Positions 44,671 to 54,492 of a stretch of 64,000 bases of DNA are shown here, piece after piece. How positions within the stretch are numbered: position 1 is the first letter of the stretch; every line of letters begins with the position of its first letter. Where the stretch lies: the IMG/VR virus record IMGVR_UViG_3300022173_000064, positions 624 through 64,623 of that record. One strand, given 5' to 3'. Position numbers and translations under genes: made by a program. This stretch comes from a virus (taxonomy: Duplodnaviria; Caudoviricetes). The notes below the pieces were generated by a model. It had not been told where the DNA came from and made no database searches. It saw only the letters and a program-made list of their open reading frames with translations.

Positions 44671-45426
44671 ATGCCAAGAATCCCGCCCGTAAAGAAGCCG
44701 GTCAATATCTCTGGGCGCAGGTTCGGCGCCCTTGAGGCGATTGATTATCGTGTCACCGACAATAAGTGGCGGTGCCTATGCGATTGTGGGAATGAGGTTT
44801 ATCGACGATTTTGCGATCTCAATTCCAACATTCGGCGCGGCAGTCGAAATAGCTGCTCCAAATGCGGAGTGCGAAAACCAACCCGAGGGTCAACAGGGTG
44901 TAAATTCCCCGGGCGCGGAATTGACCTCGTGGGCCAAGAGTTCGGCCGGCTTACTGTCGTTTCTCTTATCGAGAGAACTCCGAGCGGGTCGCTATGGCTT
45001 TGTGCCTGCTCCTGTGGCAGCGAGGGCCACGTAAAGAGAACGACCAGCAATCTGAAAAATACATCCGAGCCTGGATGTAAGGATTGTGAAACCGAGCGCC
45101 GGGCGGCAGCCAAGGTAACGCACGGGGGGGCTCATAAAGGCGTTACGCGTCTTTACTCAATTTGGAAGGGAATTCTTAAACGGTGTCGCGACATGTCTAA
45201 CCCGCACTACGGCGGAAAGGGCATCAAGGTTTGTAGGGAGTGGGAAGATTTTCCAACTTTCCGCGCTTGGGCTCGTGCGGCTCGTTACGACAACACCCTC
45301 ACAATCGACCGGCTCGACCCTTCCAAAGGATATATGCCGTCAAATTGCGAATGGGTGACACAAGAAGAAAACTCCCGGCGCGTCTATCATCCTCGTATCC
45401 TTGATATGAATGGAATTCGCGCATGA
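44671..45426 (+). CDS. Freestanding HNH homing endonuclease
   Basis: Two GxxFGxL..WxCxCxCG repeats; RLYSIWKG..RC; TIDRLDPSKGYMPSNCEW; lower GC. Confidence 0.8.
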   Translation: MPRIPPVKKPVNISGRRFGALEAIDYRVTDNKWRCLCDCGNEVYRRFCDLNSNIRRGSRNSCSKCGVRKPTRGSTGCKFPGRGIDLVGQEFGRLTVVSLIERTPSGSLWLCACSCGSEGHVKRTTSNLKNTSEPGCKDCETERRAAAKVTHGGAHKGVTRLYSIWKGILKRCRDMSNPHYGGKGIKVCREWEDFPTFRAWARAARYDNTLTIDRLDPSKGYMPSNCEWVTQEENSRRVYHPRILDMNGIRA

Positions 45427-47252
45427 ACGCCCCGGTTCTCGAAAAGGACGTGGCCGCCGCGACGCCGGCTTATATCCAAATGGGCCCGTCGCTTCTGGCG
45501 CAGCAGCCGGTGACGACGCAGACGAAGATCGACGCCAACCCCGATTTCAAGTGGACGACGATATTCTCCCACCTCGAGGCGCGGCTGGCTTCGCTCCGAA
45601 CCTGGCGCTATTCGTGGTGGGCGTATTGGGCCCGGCTCGCAGAGTTTTTCAACCCGCGGCGCTATCACTGGCTCGTTGTGGCCAACCGCATGTCGCGCGG
45701 CAACGCCCTCAACGACGCGATTATTGATTCGACCGGCTTGCTCGCGGTCGAGACCTGCGCCAGCGGCATGTGGACCGGCCTCACCAACCCGGCCCGGCCG
45801 TGGATCAAGATGGAGAGCGGCCTGCCGTGGGTGAAGTTGGACGCCGACGGCAAGGAATGGATCGAGGACACCGAGCAGCGGCTTTACACGGTGCTGGCAC
45901 AGTCCAATTTCTACACCGTGCTCGCCCAGGCGTTTCAGGATCTGACGGTGTTCGGCACGGCGCCGTTCGTGATCTATGAGGATTTTGAGGACGTCATCCG
46001 GCTTTATCTGCCGTGCGCGGGCGAATACTATCTCGGGACCGGGGCGCGGCTGTCGGTCGATACGTTCTATCGGGAATTCACGTTCACGGTCGCCCAGATC
46101 GTGGAGCAGTTCAAAGTCGCGAATTGCCCCGAGCAGGTAACGAACCTGTGGAACACCGGCGGATCGTCGCTGGACCGTGAATTTGTGGTCGCCCACGCGA
46201 TCGAGCCCAACTTCGCGCTCACCGAGCGGGGCACCAACAAGACCGTGCGCGTGGTGCCGGGATCGTTCATTTACCGGGAGGTCTACTGGCTCAAGGGCAT
46301 CCAGACCGCGCGGCCGCTGAGTGTGGCGGGCTTCCGGACCAAGCCGTTCATGGCTCTCCTGTGGTCCAGGGTCTCGAACGACGCCTATGGCCGGTCACCG
46401 TGCATGGATGCGCTGGGCGATTCGAAGCAGGTCCAGCTGGAGACCAGGCGCAAGGCCGAATTCATCGAAAAGCTGGTGCGGCCGCCGATGGGCGCCAATC
46501 CAGAGATGAAAAACGAGCCGTCGTCGATCGTGCCGGGCAACATCACCTATACGAACACCGAGGGCACCAAGAAGGGCTTTTGGCCCCTGTTCGAGGTGGC
46601 GCCGGCCGCTCTGGCCCCGATGGTGCAGGATATAGCCCAGGTCAACGCGCGGATCGAGAAGGCGCTATTTGTCGACGTGTTCATGGCCATTACCCAGATG
46701 CAGGGCGTACAGCCGCGGAACGAGCTCGAATTGACCAAGCGCGACCTCGAGCGCCTGCAGAAGCTGGGCCCGGTCATTACGCTGGTCGAGGAGGAGCTGC
46801 GCCAAGCCCTGACCCGGATTCTGGACATCATGGAGCGGCGCCGGATGCTCAAGCCGAAGCCGGCCGCGCTCAAGGACGTGCCGCTGCGGATCGACTTCCT
46901 GTCCTTGATGCGGATTGCCCAGCGATCGGCCACGGCGGTTTCGATGAAGGACTTCATGGCCACGATGGGCGGCATGTCGAGCGCGGCGAAGGCGGCCGGC
47001 ATCCCCGATCCGCTGCGCAAGGTGAACCTGGACAAGACCGCGGAGAAGTTCGCCGACGTCACCAATTTCCCGTCCGATTGCCTCTACACCGATGATGAGG
47101 TGAAGGAACACGACAAGATCAGGGAGCAGGCCTCGCAGGGTGCGCAGGCTCCGGAGCAGATGACCGCGGCCGTGAACGCTGCCAAGACCCTGAGCGAGAC
47201 GAACACCGGCGGCCAGACGGCGTTATCGCAGCTGCTCGGGACGCCTCAATGA
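45423..47252 (+). CDS. Portal (head-to-tail connector)
   Basis: IIDSTG..ASGMWTGLTNPARPW, QSNFY, YGRSPCMDALGD..LQ, LERLQKLGPV, LAQRS motifs of T7 gp8/BPP-1-type portals. Confidence 0.92.
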   Translation: MNAPVLEKDVAAATPAYIQMGPSLLAQQPVTTQTKIDANPDFKWTTIFSHLEARLASLRTWRYSWWAYWARLAEFFNPRRYHWLVVANRMSRGNALNDAIIDSTGLLAVETCASGMWTGLTNPARPWIKMESGLPWVKLDADGKEWIEDTEQRLYTVLAQSNFYTVLAQAFQDLTVFGTAPFVIYEDFEDVIRLYLPCAGEYYLGTGARLSVDTFYREFTFTVAQIVEQFKVANCPEQVTNLWNTGGSSLDREFVVAHAIEPNFALTERGTNKTVRVVPGSFIYREVYWLKGIQTARPLSVAGFRTKPFMALLWSRVSNDAYGRSPCMDALGDSKQVQLETRRKAEFIEKLVRPPMGANPEMKNEPSSIVPGNITYTNTEGTKKGFWPLFEVAPAALAPMVQDIAQVNARIEKALFVDVFMAITQMQGVQPRNELELTKRDLERLQKLGPVITLVEEELRQALTRILDIMERRRMLKPKPAALKDVPLRIDFLSLMRIAQRSATAVSMKDFMATMGGMSSAAKAAGIPDPLRKVNLDKTAEKFADVTNFPSDCLYTDDEVKEHDKIREQASQGAQAPEQMTAAVNAAKTLSETNTGGQTALSQLLGTPQ

Positions 47253-47387
47253 CGCCCCGACAGAACGATATCGTCGAAATCTGCCTCATTTCGATGCTGC
47301 CGATAGGCGGCGCGGCCATCCTCTTTTGGATGTGGTGGTCGATCGGGTAATCCGCGCCGGCGGTATCCGGCATTTGAGAGGACGAAG

Positions 47388-47675
47388 ATGATTAAACCCT
47401 CAATTGGTCGCATCATGTGGTACTGGCCTGAGAAGGTGTCACGAGGCGATCAGCCTTGGCCGGCTATCGTCAGTTATGTCCACGGCGACAACATGGTGAA
47501 TCTCAGTGTTTGGAATGCTGAGGGCCATGCCCAGAACGGGAAAACCTCCGTTCCGGTCGTGCAGGACGGCTCACCGTACACCGCCGGAGATAGCCCATAT
47601 GTCGAATGGATGCCTTTCCAAGTCGGGCAGGCAAAGCGGCACGAGGCCGAAGTCAAGCCGGCCCACGGTTTCTGA
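47388..47675 (+). CDS. Conserved phage hypothetical protein
   Basis: MIKPSIGRIMWYW..AIV..V..VNLSV..WMPFQVGQ; GAGG SD. Confidence 0.6.
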   Translation: MIKPSIGRIMWYWPEKVSRGDQPWPAIVSYVHGDNMVNLSVWNAEGHAQNGKTSVPVVQDGSPYTAGDSPYVEWMPFQVGQAKRHEAEVKPAHGF

Positions 47676-47815
47676 CGGGAACAATCCAGCCCCTTGCGAA
47701 TTGGCCATGGCATTCACAGGAGAGCGCCATGGCCACGCGGGAGATCGCCGAGCGGGAGGAGCGCGAACAGCGCCGGATTCGCGACGAGGATCGCCAGGCG
47801 GCCGAGGTCTGAGCC

Positions 47816-47965
47816 ATGTCCCTCGGTCTTATTTTCTGGATACTGATGCTGCTCTGGCTGATTTTCGGCTGGGCGCTGTACTACGGCCGGGTCGGCACTT
47901 ACGGCCCGGTAGGTAGCACGCTCCTGCTGTTTATCCTGCTATCGCACCGGGGATGCCGTCGATGA
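47816..47965 (+). CDS. Small membrane protein, possibly C-terminally truncated
   Basis: MSLGLIFWILMLLWLIFG..LLLFILL then an abrupt basic tail that is the antisense of the converging ORF. Confidence 0.45.
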   Translation: MSLGLIFWILMLLWLIFGWALYYGRVGTYGPVGSTLLLFILLSHRGCRR

Positions 47966-48221
47966 TGCGGACCGGAATGCCGCGAAACGACGGTGACGGC
48001 AGGCCAGCAGCGTCATCCAAGCACAAGAGTACATTGCAATCTCTGATGGACTGAATATCCAGATAATAGCGGATCACCCGGTTGCGGTAGAATTCCGTGA
48101 TGATTGCCCTTTCTGGCGGCATCATCTTCACCGGCATCAAGGATCCGGCCCGCACGATAGCGGGCGCGGCGACGAGCGAGATCAGCCCAGTGATGAAGCC
48201 TCGGCGGGATGTCTCGATCAT
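47931..48221 (-). CDS. Small protein with Tat-like N-terminus
   Basis: SRRGFITGLISLVAAPAIVRAGSLMPV; GGAGG SD. Confidence 0.55.
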   Translation of the reverse strand: MIETSRRGFITGLISLVAAPAIVRAGSLMPVKMMPPERAIITEFYRNRVIRYYLDIQSIRDCNVLLCLDDAAGLPSPSFRGIPVRIIDGIPGAIAG

Positions 48222-48776
48222 ACGTCGCCCTCCAAATCAGCCGTCGCAGAGATAGCCCAGACCGCCAAACAGAACATGGCGACCATGACCAGAAATATCA
48301 GGAACACAACGCCGATGGCGGCCAGCACATAGGTCATATTTTGGTCCTCGGCTCTATTTTGACGAAGATGCACTTGCCGTCGGCGCCGACCACGGCATCC
48401 ACAATGCGGTGATCCACCCGGTAACCCCGGTAAAGCTCCCAGAGGCGGCCGCCGCGCTCTCCGACGATCTCGTACCCCTTGGCCGTGAGATCGCGGTTTT
48501 GCCGACGGAAGGCCAAATGCTCTTTCGCGACGGGGCCCATTTTCATTTCATAGCCTCGTCGATCATCTCCTGCCATATTTCCCGTTTCTCCTCTTGGGAG
48601 AGGAAATAGCCCCTCTCCCCGAGGTCCAAGCTGATTTCGAGACGCAGCATATCCTCGGTAGGCTCGCGCATTGCCTTCATGATACCGACGTGGATGCTGT
48701 CCCAAGCTGAACGTCTGATGATCGGAGCGATGCGCTTTGCCATCGGAGGGATGCGTTTTCGTCCCGGACTATTCAT
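48218..48776 (-). other. Three coupled small ORFs (48218-48337 TM peptide, 48334-48546, 48543-48776)
   Basis: ATGA overlaps chain them to the Xis-like gene. Confidence 0.5.
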
Positions 48777-48988
48777 CCCACCCTCTCGATCCGTTTTGCC
48801 GCCCAAGCGTCAAGATCAGCTTTTGCATAGCGAACGTGTTTCCATCCGATCCGCGTAAAGGGAGGGCCTTTGCCCTTGTTGTTGTTGGACGCTAACTTGC
48901 CAAGGTTCTCCGCCGTCATGGGATAACCGAGGTCCGACAGGTACGCTGCGGCCTCTTTCCTTGTGATCCCGAAGTCCTTGACCGCCAT
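48773..48988 (-). CDS. Excisionase-like / HTH_17 DNA-binding protein
   Basis: TRKEAAAYL..LGKLA..GPPFTRIG..VRYAKADLDAW. Confidence 0.75.
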   Translation of the reverse strand: MAVKDFGITRKEAAAYLSDLGYPMTAENLGKLASNNNKGKGPPFTRIGWKHVRYAKADLDAWAAKRIERVG

Positions 48989-49055
48989 ATATGGTATCTC
49001 CGTTTATCTTAATTATGCGGGATATTACCCCGTCATGTCCAGATGACATTGCGGA

Positions 49056-49580
49056 ATGTTCAAAGCCCATGCACAAAATCGTTCCAACATGGGCGCACTC
49101 ACAGAATCCGAGATTTTCGACTGCCTGAGCACGAATTTTCGGCTCGCGGCGGAGGATTGTGAGAAACTGGCCCGATCCCCCCGCCGAGGAGCCAACTATG
49201 CTGCGCTGAGGGAAAAACTCGAATTGCTGGAGGGCGCGTGCCGCCAGGCCAGCGTATGGCGGCAGGACACCCGCTGGCTGCAGATCGGGCTGGCCATGGC
49301 CGAAGCCCACAAGCGCGCCGGCGAATGGATTCGCGGCATCAAGATTGCCGGTGTCCCGGGCCGCGTGAAGGTGGCCGAGGGCCACATGCACCCACTTTTC
49401 AAGAAACTGGCCGAAAACCTCAGGTTGGCGCATGCCCGCGCCGAGGAAATTCGGACCAAGCGCACCGGTAAGGTCGGCATGATTCTGCCGGCGACCGGCC
49501 GCGCGCCGCTGCGCGACACCAAGCCGACCGGCTGGCGTCGACCCAGCGGCATCATTGTCCCGAGCGCAGAGTTCGCATGA
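49056..49580 (+). CDS. Hypothetical protein
   Basis: Helical ORF coupled (ATGA) to head genes; start may be 49089. Confidence 0.55.
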   Translation: MFKAHAQNRSNMGALTESEIFDCLSTNFRLAAEDCEKLARSPRRGANYAALREKLELLEGACRQASVWRQDTRWLQIGLAMAEAHKRAGEWIRGIKIAGVPGRVKVAEGHMHPLFKKLAENLRLAHARAEEIRTKRTGKVGMILPATGRAPLRDTKPTGWRRPSGIIVPSAEFA

Positions 49581-49969
49581 GCGATGACGATGATATTGAA
49601 CAGGATCAGCCCGAGCCGCTCGAAACCGAGCAGCCGACGGTCGATGCTGGCAATCCAGCGGCCATCAAAAAGCGGAAACTCACCCAGAAAATCCTCGATC
49701 GCGAGGAAGCCAGGTTCTGGCAAGGCGTGTTCGAGAACGAGATCGGCCGCCGCTGCATGTGGAAGCTCCTCAACGAGGGACATCCTTTCGAGGAGCGCTT
49801 TGCCTGCGGCCCGAACGGCTTTCCGCAGACTGAGGCGACATGGTTTCATGCAGGTGAGCAGGCCCTTGCCCTCCGCCTGTACCAGACATGGCTCGCGCGC
49901 TTCCCGCTTGCCGTCATGGCAATGCACCAAGAGCACGACCATCGATTTCGGACGAAAAAGGACGAGTAA
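49577..49969 (+). CDS. Bbp19-like head-region protein
   Basis: VFENEIGRRCMWKLL..T.FHAGEQALAL pattern; position between portal and scaffold. Confidence 0.65.
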   Translation: MSDDDDIEQDQPEPLETEQPTVDAGNPAAIKKRKLTQKILDREEARFWQGVFENEIGRRCMWKLLNEGHPFEERFACGPNGFPQTEATWFHAGEQALALRLYQTWLARFPLAVMAMHQEHDHRFRTKKDE

Positions 49970-50847
49970 TGGCTGACGAACCGATTGCAGCTCCTCCCGG
50001 AGGCACAGCGCCGGAGCCCGTAGCGGCGGCATCGTCCCCGCCCGCTGCGGCTCCGGCTGCGGCGCCGGAACCGGTTGCTGCGGCACCGGAGCCCGCGCCG
50101 GCGGCTGTTGAGCCTGCCGCGCCCGCTGCCCCGGCCGGCCCCGAGCCGACGCTGCTCCAGAAGCATGACGCCGAGGCTGCGGCCGCAGCTCCCGCCGATC
50201 CGGCCAAGCCTGCGGAGCCCGCAAAACCGGCCGAACCCGCCAAGCCTGTTGCCGAGCCGGCCGCACCGGTTGAGGCCTCCAAGCCTGCGGACGCCGACGC
50301 CTCCACGCCGGCGCCCGCAGCGCCTGCTCCGCTGGAGCTGGTCGAATACGCCTATGAGTTGCCGGAGACGATCAAGCTCGACGACGCAACGCGCAGCACC
50401 TTCCACACCGCGCTCGACGCCTTCCGGACCGATCCGACCAAGGGCGCGCAGGGCCTGATCGACCTGCACAACCAGACCATGACCGACTACGCCGCGCACG
50501 TCGCCGACGAGCAGCAGCGCGTCTGGAATGACACCCGCAAGGGATGGCAGACCCAGGTGATGGCCGATGAACAGCTGGGCGGGTCCGGCTTCCAGACCAC
50601 CATGGGCGCGGTGGCGCGGATGCGCGACCTGCTCGTGCCCGAATCGCACCGCGCCGCCTTCGACAGTTTCTTGACGACGACGGGAGCCGGCGATCATCCG
50701 GAATTCCTTCGCATCCTCCACAACGCCGCCCGCCTGTTCGACGAAGCGCCGTTGCCGCCGCCGGATCCGCGTCCCGCCCCGAACGGCGGAAAGCCGCCGA
50801 GCGGACGGCTGCGGGATATGTACAAATCGACCCAACCACGGGGCTGA
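49969..50847 (+). CDS. Capsid scaffolding protein
   Basis: Long Pro/Ala N-terminus with PAKPAE repeats, helical core, GAGDHPEFLRIL, immediately before MCP. Confidence 0.75.
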   Translation: MADEPIAAPPGGTAPEPVAAASSPPAAAPAAAPEPVAAAPEPAPAAVEPAAPAAPAGPEPTLLQKHDAEAAAAAPADPAKPAEPAKPAEPAKPVAEPAAPVEASKPADADASTPAPAAPAPLELVEYAYELPETIKLDDATRSTFHTALDAFRTDPTKGAQGLIDLHNQTMTDYAAHVADEQQRVWNDTRKGWQTQVMADEQLGGSGFQTTMGAVARMRDLLVPESHRAAFDSFLTTTGAGDHPEFLRILHNAARLFDEAPLPPPDPRPAPNGGKPPSGRLRDMYKSTQPRG

Positions 50848-50873
50848 GGCCCGTTTATTGAGAGGACACCACC

Positions 50874-51920
50874 ATGGCGACCGGTTCTTGGCCCACCATT
50901 GCAGACGTAGCGAGCCGTTCGGACCCGACCGGCAAGCCGAAGATCATCGCGGAAATGCTTTCGCAGTCCGTGGCGCTGGCCAAAGACCTCTACATGGTCG
51001 AGGCGAGCGAGTTCGGCGGTCACGAATTCGTGTTCCGCACGTCGATCCCGGCCGGCTCTTGGCGCCAGATCAACCAGGGCGTCCCGTACAGCAAGTCGAC
51101 CACCGCGAAATCCCGCGTCGGCCTCGGCACGCTGGAGGATTATTCGCAGGTCGATCGGCTGCTGGCCGAAATGACCGGCGACGTCGAACGGTTCCGTGAA
51201 ACCGAGGACGTGGCCTTCCTGGAAGGCATGGGCCAGACCATCGAACAGACCACCTGGTACGGCAACACCGCCGCGACCCCGGCGGAGTTCATGGGTCTTT
51301 CGACCTTCTACAACACCCTGACTGCGGCAACTGCGCAGAACGGGCAGAACGTGCTCAATGGCGGCGGCGTCGGATCGTCGAATGCGTCGATCTGGCTGCT
51401 TTGCCACGGTGCGCGCACCTTCCATGGCCTCTATCCCCGCAGCTCCAAGGCTGGCCTCGCGATGGAGGACAAGGGCGACACCGTTCCGGGCTATGATTCG
51501 CTCGGCAACCGGTTCGAGGCTTACACCTCATGGTTCCGGCAGATGATCGGCATCGTCCCGATCGACTGGCGGTATTGCGCCCGCATCGCGAATATCGACG
51601 TCACCACCGCGGGCCTGGCCGGGCCGAACGCCTACGACATCTTCGCCGGCCTGCGCCAGCTGATGCTGCTGCCGCCGACCCTGACCTCCGAATCGTCCGC
51701 CATCACCGAGACCGATGCGCCCGACGAGCCGGCGCCGGGCATCCGCCCGGTCATCTACTGCAACCGCACCGTCCGTCACTGGATGGACGTGCAGGCGATG
51801 CGCGACCGCAACGTGCTGCTGACCATCAACGACTATGCGGGCAAGCCCGTGACCGGCATCAACAATATCCCGGTCAAGGTCTCGGATCAGCTGCTCATCA
51901 CCGAGGGCGCGGTTTCCTGA
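50874..51920 (+). CDS. Major capsid protein (HK97 fold, BPP-1 Bbp17-like)
   Basis: FRTSIPAGSWRQINQGV..SKSTT, ETEDVAFLEGMGQ, DWRYCARIANID, IPVKVSDQLLITE. Confidence 0.88.
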   Translation: MATGSWPTIADVASRSDPTGKPKIIAEMLSQSVALAKDLYMVEASEFGGHEFVFRTSIPAGSWRQINQGVPYSKSTTAKSRVGLGTLEDYSQVDRLLAEMTGDVERFRETEDVAFLEGMGQTIEQTTWYGNTAATPAEFMGLSTFYNTLTAATAQNGQNVLNGGGVGSSNASIWLLCHGARTFHGLYPRSSKAGLAMEDKGDTVPGYDSLGNRFEAYTSWFRQMIGIVPIDWRYCARIANIDVTTAGLAGPNAYDIFAGLRQLMLLPPTLTSESSAITETDAPDEPAPGIRPVIYCNRTVRHWMDVQAMRDRNVLLTINDYAGKPVTGINNIPVKVSDQLLITEGAVS

Positions 51921-51978
51921 TCTGATCGCCGAACACGGAACCAAGGCCCGCGGGCCGTAGACCAAAAGGACAAAGACC

Positions 51979-52533
51979 ATGATTATCGACAGCCAGCTTT
52001 CCTTCGTTCCGATCGGCGCTCCGCTCTCGCTTGTGGCCGGCGCGGGTATCGACGTCCCCTCGACCAACGTCATCGACTTGCTCGGCATCGGCGCGGGCAA
52101 CCCGCCGACCTCGAGCATTATCGGCAATGTGACCAACTTCGGCGCCCCGGATGCGATGGGCGTCGGCGGGCTGCGGCCGGAATTGCTCGTCAATATCGGC
52201 GACGCGTTCACCACCGGCACCTCGGCCACCCTCAATGTGGCGCTGCAGGCGGCGGCGGATGCCGGCACCCCGACGTGGCAGCCCGGCACTTGGCAGACCA
52301 TCGCCGAAACGGGCGAGCTCACCGCGGCGCAGCTGACCGCGGATCAGACCATCATGCGGCTGCCCTGGCTGCCGCCGTTCCCGGCGAACCTCCGCCCGCG
52401 GTTCCTGCGCCTGCTGTTCCAGGTTCCGGCCGCAACCCTGTTCACCGCCGGCACCATCTCGAGCGCGCTCGTCGTGCCCTGCCGCGACGATCAGTTCAAC
52501 AAATACGCGGCGAAGAACTACAGCGTCGCATAG
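51979..52533 (+). CDS. Capsid cement/decoration protein (Bbp16-like)
   Basis: MIIDSQL..STNVIDL..RFLRL..GTISSAL; follows MCP. Confidence 0.75.
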   Translation: MIIDSQLSFVPIGAPLSLVAGAGIDVPSTNVIDLLGIGAGNPPTSSIIGNVTNFGAPDAMGVGGLRPELLVNIGDAFTTGTSATLNVALQAAADAGTPTWQPGTWQTIAETGELTAAQLTADQTIMRLPWLPPFPANLRPRFLRLLFQVPAATLFTAGTISSALVVPCRDDQFNKYAAKNYSVA

Positions 52534-52604
52534 GCGGACCTCCCAGCCTGCGGCGCGCATCATCCGGTGCGCGCCGGCCTTTTACCCGAAACAAGGACGA
52601 AACC

Positions 52605-53357
52605 ATGACCGAAGCCGCCACCACCGAACGCAGGAAGCCGGGCCGCAAGCCGCGCCCGCCGCTGACCGACACCCCCGAATTTCAGGCCGCCGTGGCGCGC
52701 GTCGCCAATGAGGCCGTGCAGGCCGCCCTGTCCGGCCTTGCGCCCAAGGTCGCGGCCGCCGGCATCGAGCCGACGGTTGGCTCCCAGGACTGGATGCAGA
52801 CCCTCGCCGTGACACTGGCCGAGATCGGCAGCCAAGGCACCGGCCGCAAGACGGTCGCACCGCACATCCTCAAGCAGCGCGAGAATGCGCGCGACCGGAT
52901 GGTGGACCTGATCGTGGCCGCGCGCGCGGAGAAGCGGGCGCCGAAGTACCAGCTTCGCAACAAGGTGGTGCTGGCCGAGCGGGTCATCGAACCGTTTTGG
53001 ATCACGTCGGACAAAAAGACCAAGCCGACCGAAATCGACTGGTACGGCGTGCCGAACGAGGTCATGGTGCCGATCAACGACACCGCCAAGGAGATCCACG
53101 GCGCGTTCATGGATTCCATCGGCACGGTCGAGCGCGTCGCGCCCGAGGATCGCCTGGGCGTGACGCCCGGCGGCCTTGTGGTCCGCAACGCCGCGGTGAC
53201 CGACACGATGTCCAAGCGCACCAACGGCGAGGCCCCGCACGTCGGCGACGGCAAGAGCGACGAGGGCCTTGTCATTCACCACGAGAACGAGCCGGGCCGT
53301 TACAAGTCCGTGAACGTGCTCGGGACCATCCAGGAACCCGCTCGGCAGTCGATCTGA
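52605..53357 (+). CDS. Hypothetical head-region protein
   Basis: AAGGA SD; typical codon usage. Confidence 0.55.
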   Translation: MTEAATTERRKPGRKPRPPLTDTPEFQAAVARVANEAVQAALSGLAPKVAAAGIEPTVGSQDWMQTLAVTLAEIGSQGTGRKTVAPHILKQRENARDRMVDLIVAARAEKRAPKYQLRNKVVLAERVIEPFWITSDKKTKPTEIDWYGVPNEVMVPINDTAKEIHGAFMDSIGTVERVAPEDRLGVTPGGLVVRNAAVTDTMSKRTNGEAPHVGDGKSDEGLVIHHENEPGRYKSVNVLGTIQEPARQSI

Positions 53358-53369
53358 GGGAGATAGCGC

Positions 53370-53663
53370 GTGGCGGATTGTTACATCTCGGAGCATATGA
53401 GTGCGGCGTCGGCGATCGGCACCGCGAATCCGCCCGTGCTGCCCCAGCCGGCGCTCGCCGTGCAGAAGATCGCCATCGGCGCGACCACGCAATCCAACGC
53501 CTTCAGCGACAAGACGCGCGCGATCATGATCGTGGCGGATGGCCCGTGCCATTTCTCCATCGGCGAGAGCCCGACCGCGAGCACGTCGACGATGCTATTG
53601 CCTTCCGGGGTGCCGATGGTTTTCGGCGTCCCGCCCGGCTACAAGATCGCAGTTTCGACCTGA
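53370..53663 (+). CDS. Small beta-rich virion protein
   Basis: GGGGAG SD; QSNAFS..IVADGPCHFSIG..PTA..MLLP..GYKIAV. Confidence 0.55.
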   Translation: MADCYISEHMSAASAIGTANPPVLPQPALAVQKIAIGATTQSNAFSDKTRAIMIVADGPCHFSIGESPTASTSTMLLPSGVPMVFGVPPGYKIAVST

Positions 53664-53675
53664 TCGGAGAGACCC

Positions 53676-53981
53676 ATGACCGCATCTACTGGCCAAATCA
53701 AAACCTCCCCCGTGGTCGTCAGCGGGTCGATCCCGTTCGATGGTGGCCCGCAGGTGAGCGCCGTCAACGCCAACGGCGGGACGTTCACAGCCAACAGCGG
53801 GACGCCCGTCACGGTGACAAACTCCAATATCACGGCAGATTCCGTGATCTGGTTCGGCCTCAAGACCCCGGGCGGCACGCCGGCGGCACCGTTCCAAGTC
53901 ACGGTAACGCCCGGGACCGGGTTCACCGTCAACAGCGGCGGTAGTGACACATCGACTTATAATTACGTCATCTTCGGCTGA
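53676..53981 (+). CDS. Small fibre-tip-like beta protein
   Basis: VTVTNSNITADSVI..TPGTGFTVNS..DTSTYNYVI resembles tail-fibre terminal domains. Confidence 0.55.
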   Translation: MTASTGQIKTSPVVVSGSIPFDGGPQVSAVNANGGTFTANSGTPVTVTNSNITADSVIWFGLKTPGGTPAAPFQVTVTPGTGFTVNSGGSDTSTYNYVIFG

Positions 53982-54009
53982 TCGCGGCCACACACAGGAG
54001 GGGCTACCC

Positions 54010-54492
54010 ATGAAGAAATTCGCTCTTATCGCCGGTGCCGCGCTGGCAGCCTTCGCGGCCAGTTTTGCGGTGGCGCAGACCATCAGCGTCCCGAAGGTGG
54101 CCATCATCGGCCCTACCGATCTGATCCAGGTGCTCCCGGGCGGCGTGCCGTCGGCGCAGAGCAAGTACGCCTACCCGAATCAGATCACGTCGCAGATGGG
54201 CTACCAGAAGAAATCGCCGGCGACCGGTTTCACCTACAGTTTCGGCAATTCGGACAGTCTGATCGCCCTGAGCCATTCGACCACACTGGCCTCCGGCACG
54301 ATCACGTTCGCGGCGGCGCCGTCGGACGGTGCGCAGGAGTGCATCTACGCGCAGAACATCGTCACCACGCTCAACCTGGCGGCCGGCGCCTCGACGCAGA
54401 CCATCGTCAACGCGGTGACCACGATCGGCGCCGCGGCGCAAGTCTGCTATCTCTACTCGCTGTCGGACCAGACCTGGACCCGATCGCATTGA
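54010..54492 (+). CDS. Signal-peptide-bearing beta-rich virion-module protein
   Basis: MKKFALIAGAALAAFAASFAVA|Q; two Cys; AGGAGG SD. Confidence 0.65.
   Translation: MKKFALIAGAALAAFAASFAVAQTISVPKVAIIGPTDLIQVLPGGVPSAQSKYAYPNQITSQMGYQKKSPATGFTYSFGNSDSLIALSHSTTLASGTITFAAAPSDGAQECIYAQNIVTTLNLAAGASTQTIVNAVTTIGAAAQVCYLYSLSDQTWTRSH

Noticed and set aside
44671-45426. Group I intron around the HNH gene
   Set aside because: Both flanking genes are complete and coupled to it; no interrupted ORF or intron core seen.
48989-49055. attP site next to the Xis-like gene
   Set aside because: AT-rich with a short GTCAT/ATGAC inverted repeat, but no integrase or tRNA-end core; more likely a divergent promoter region.
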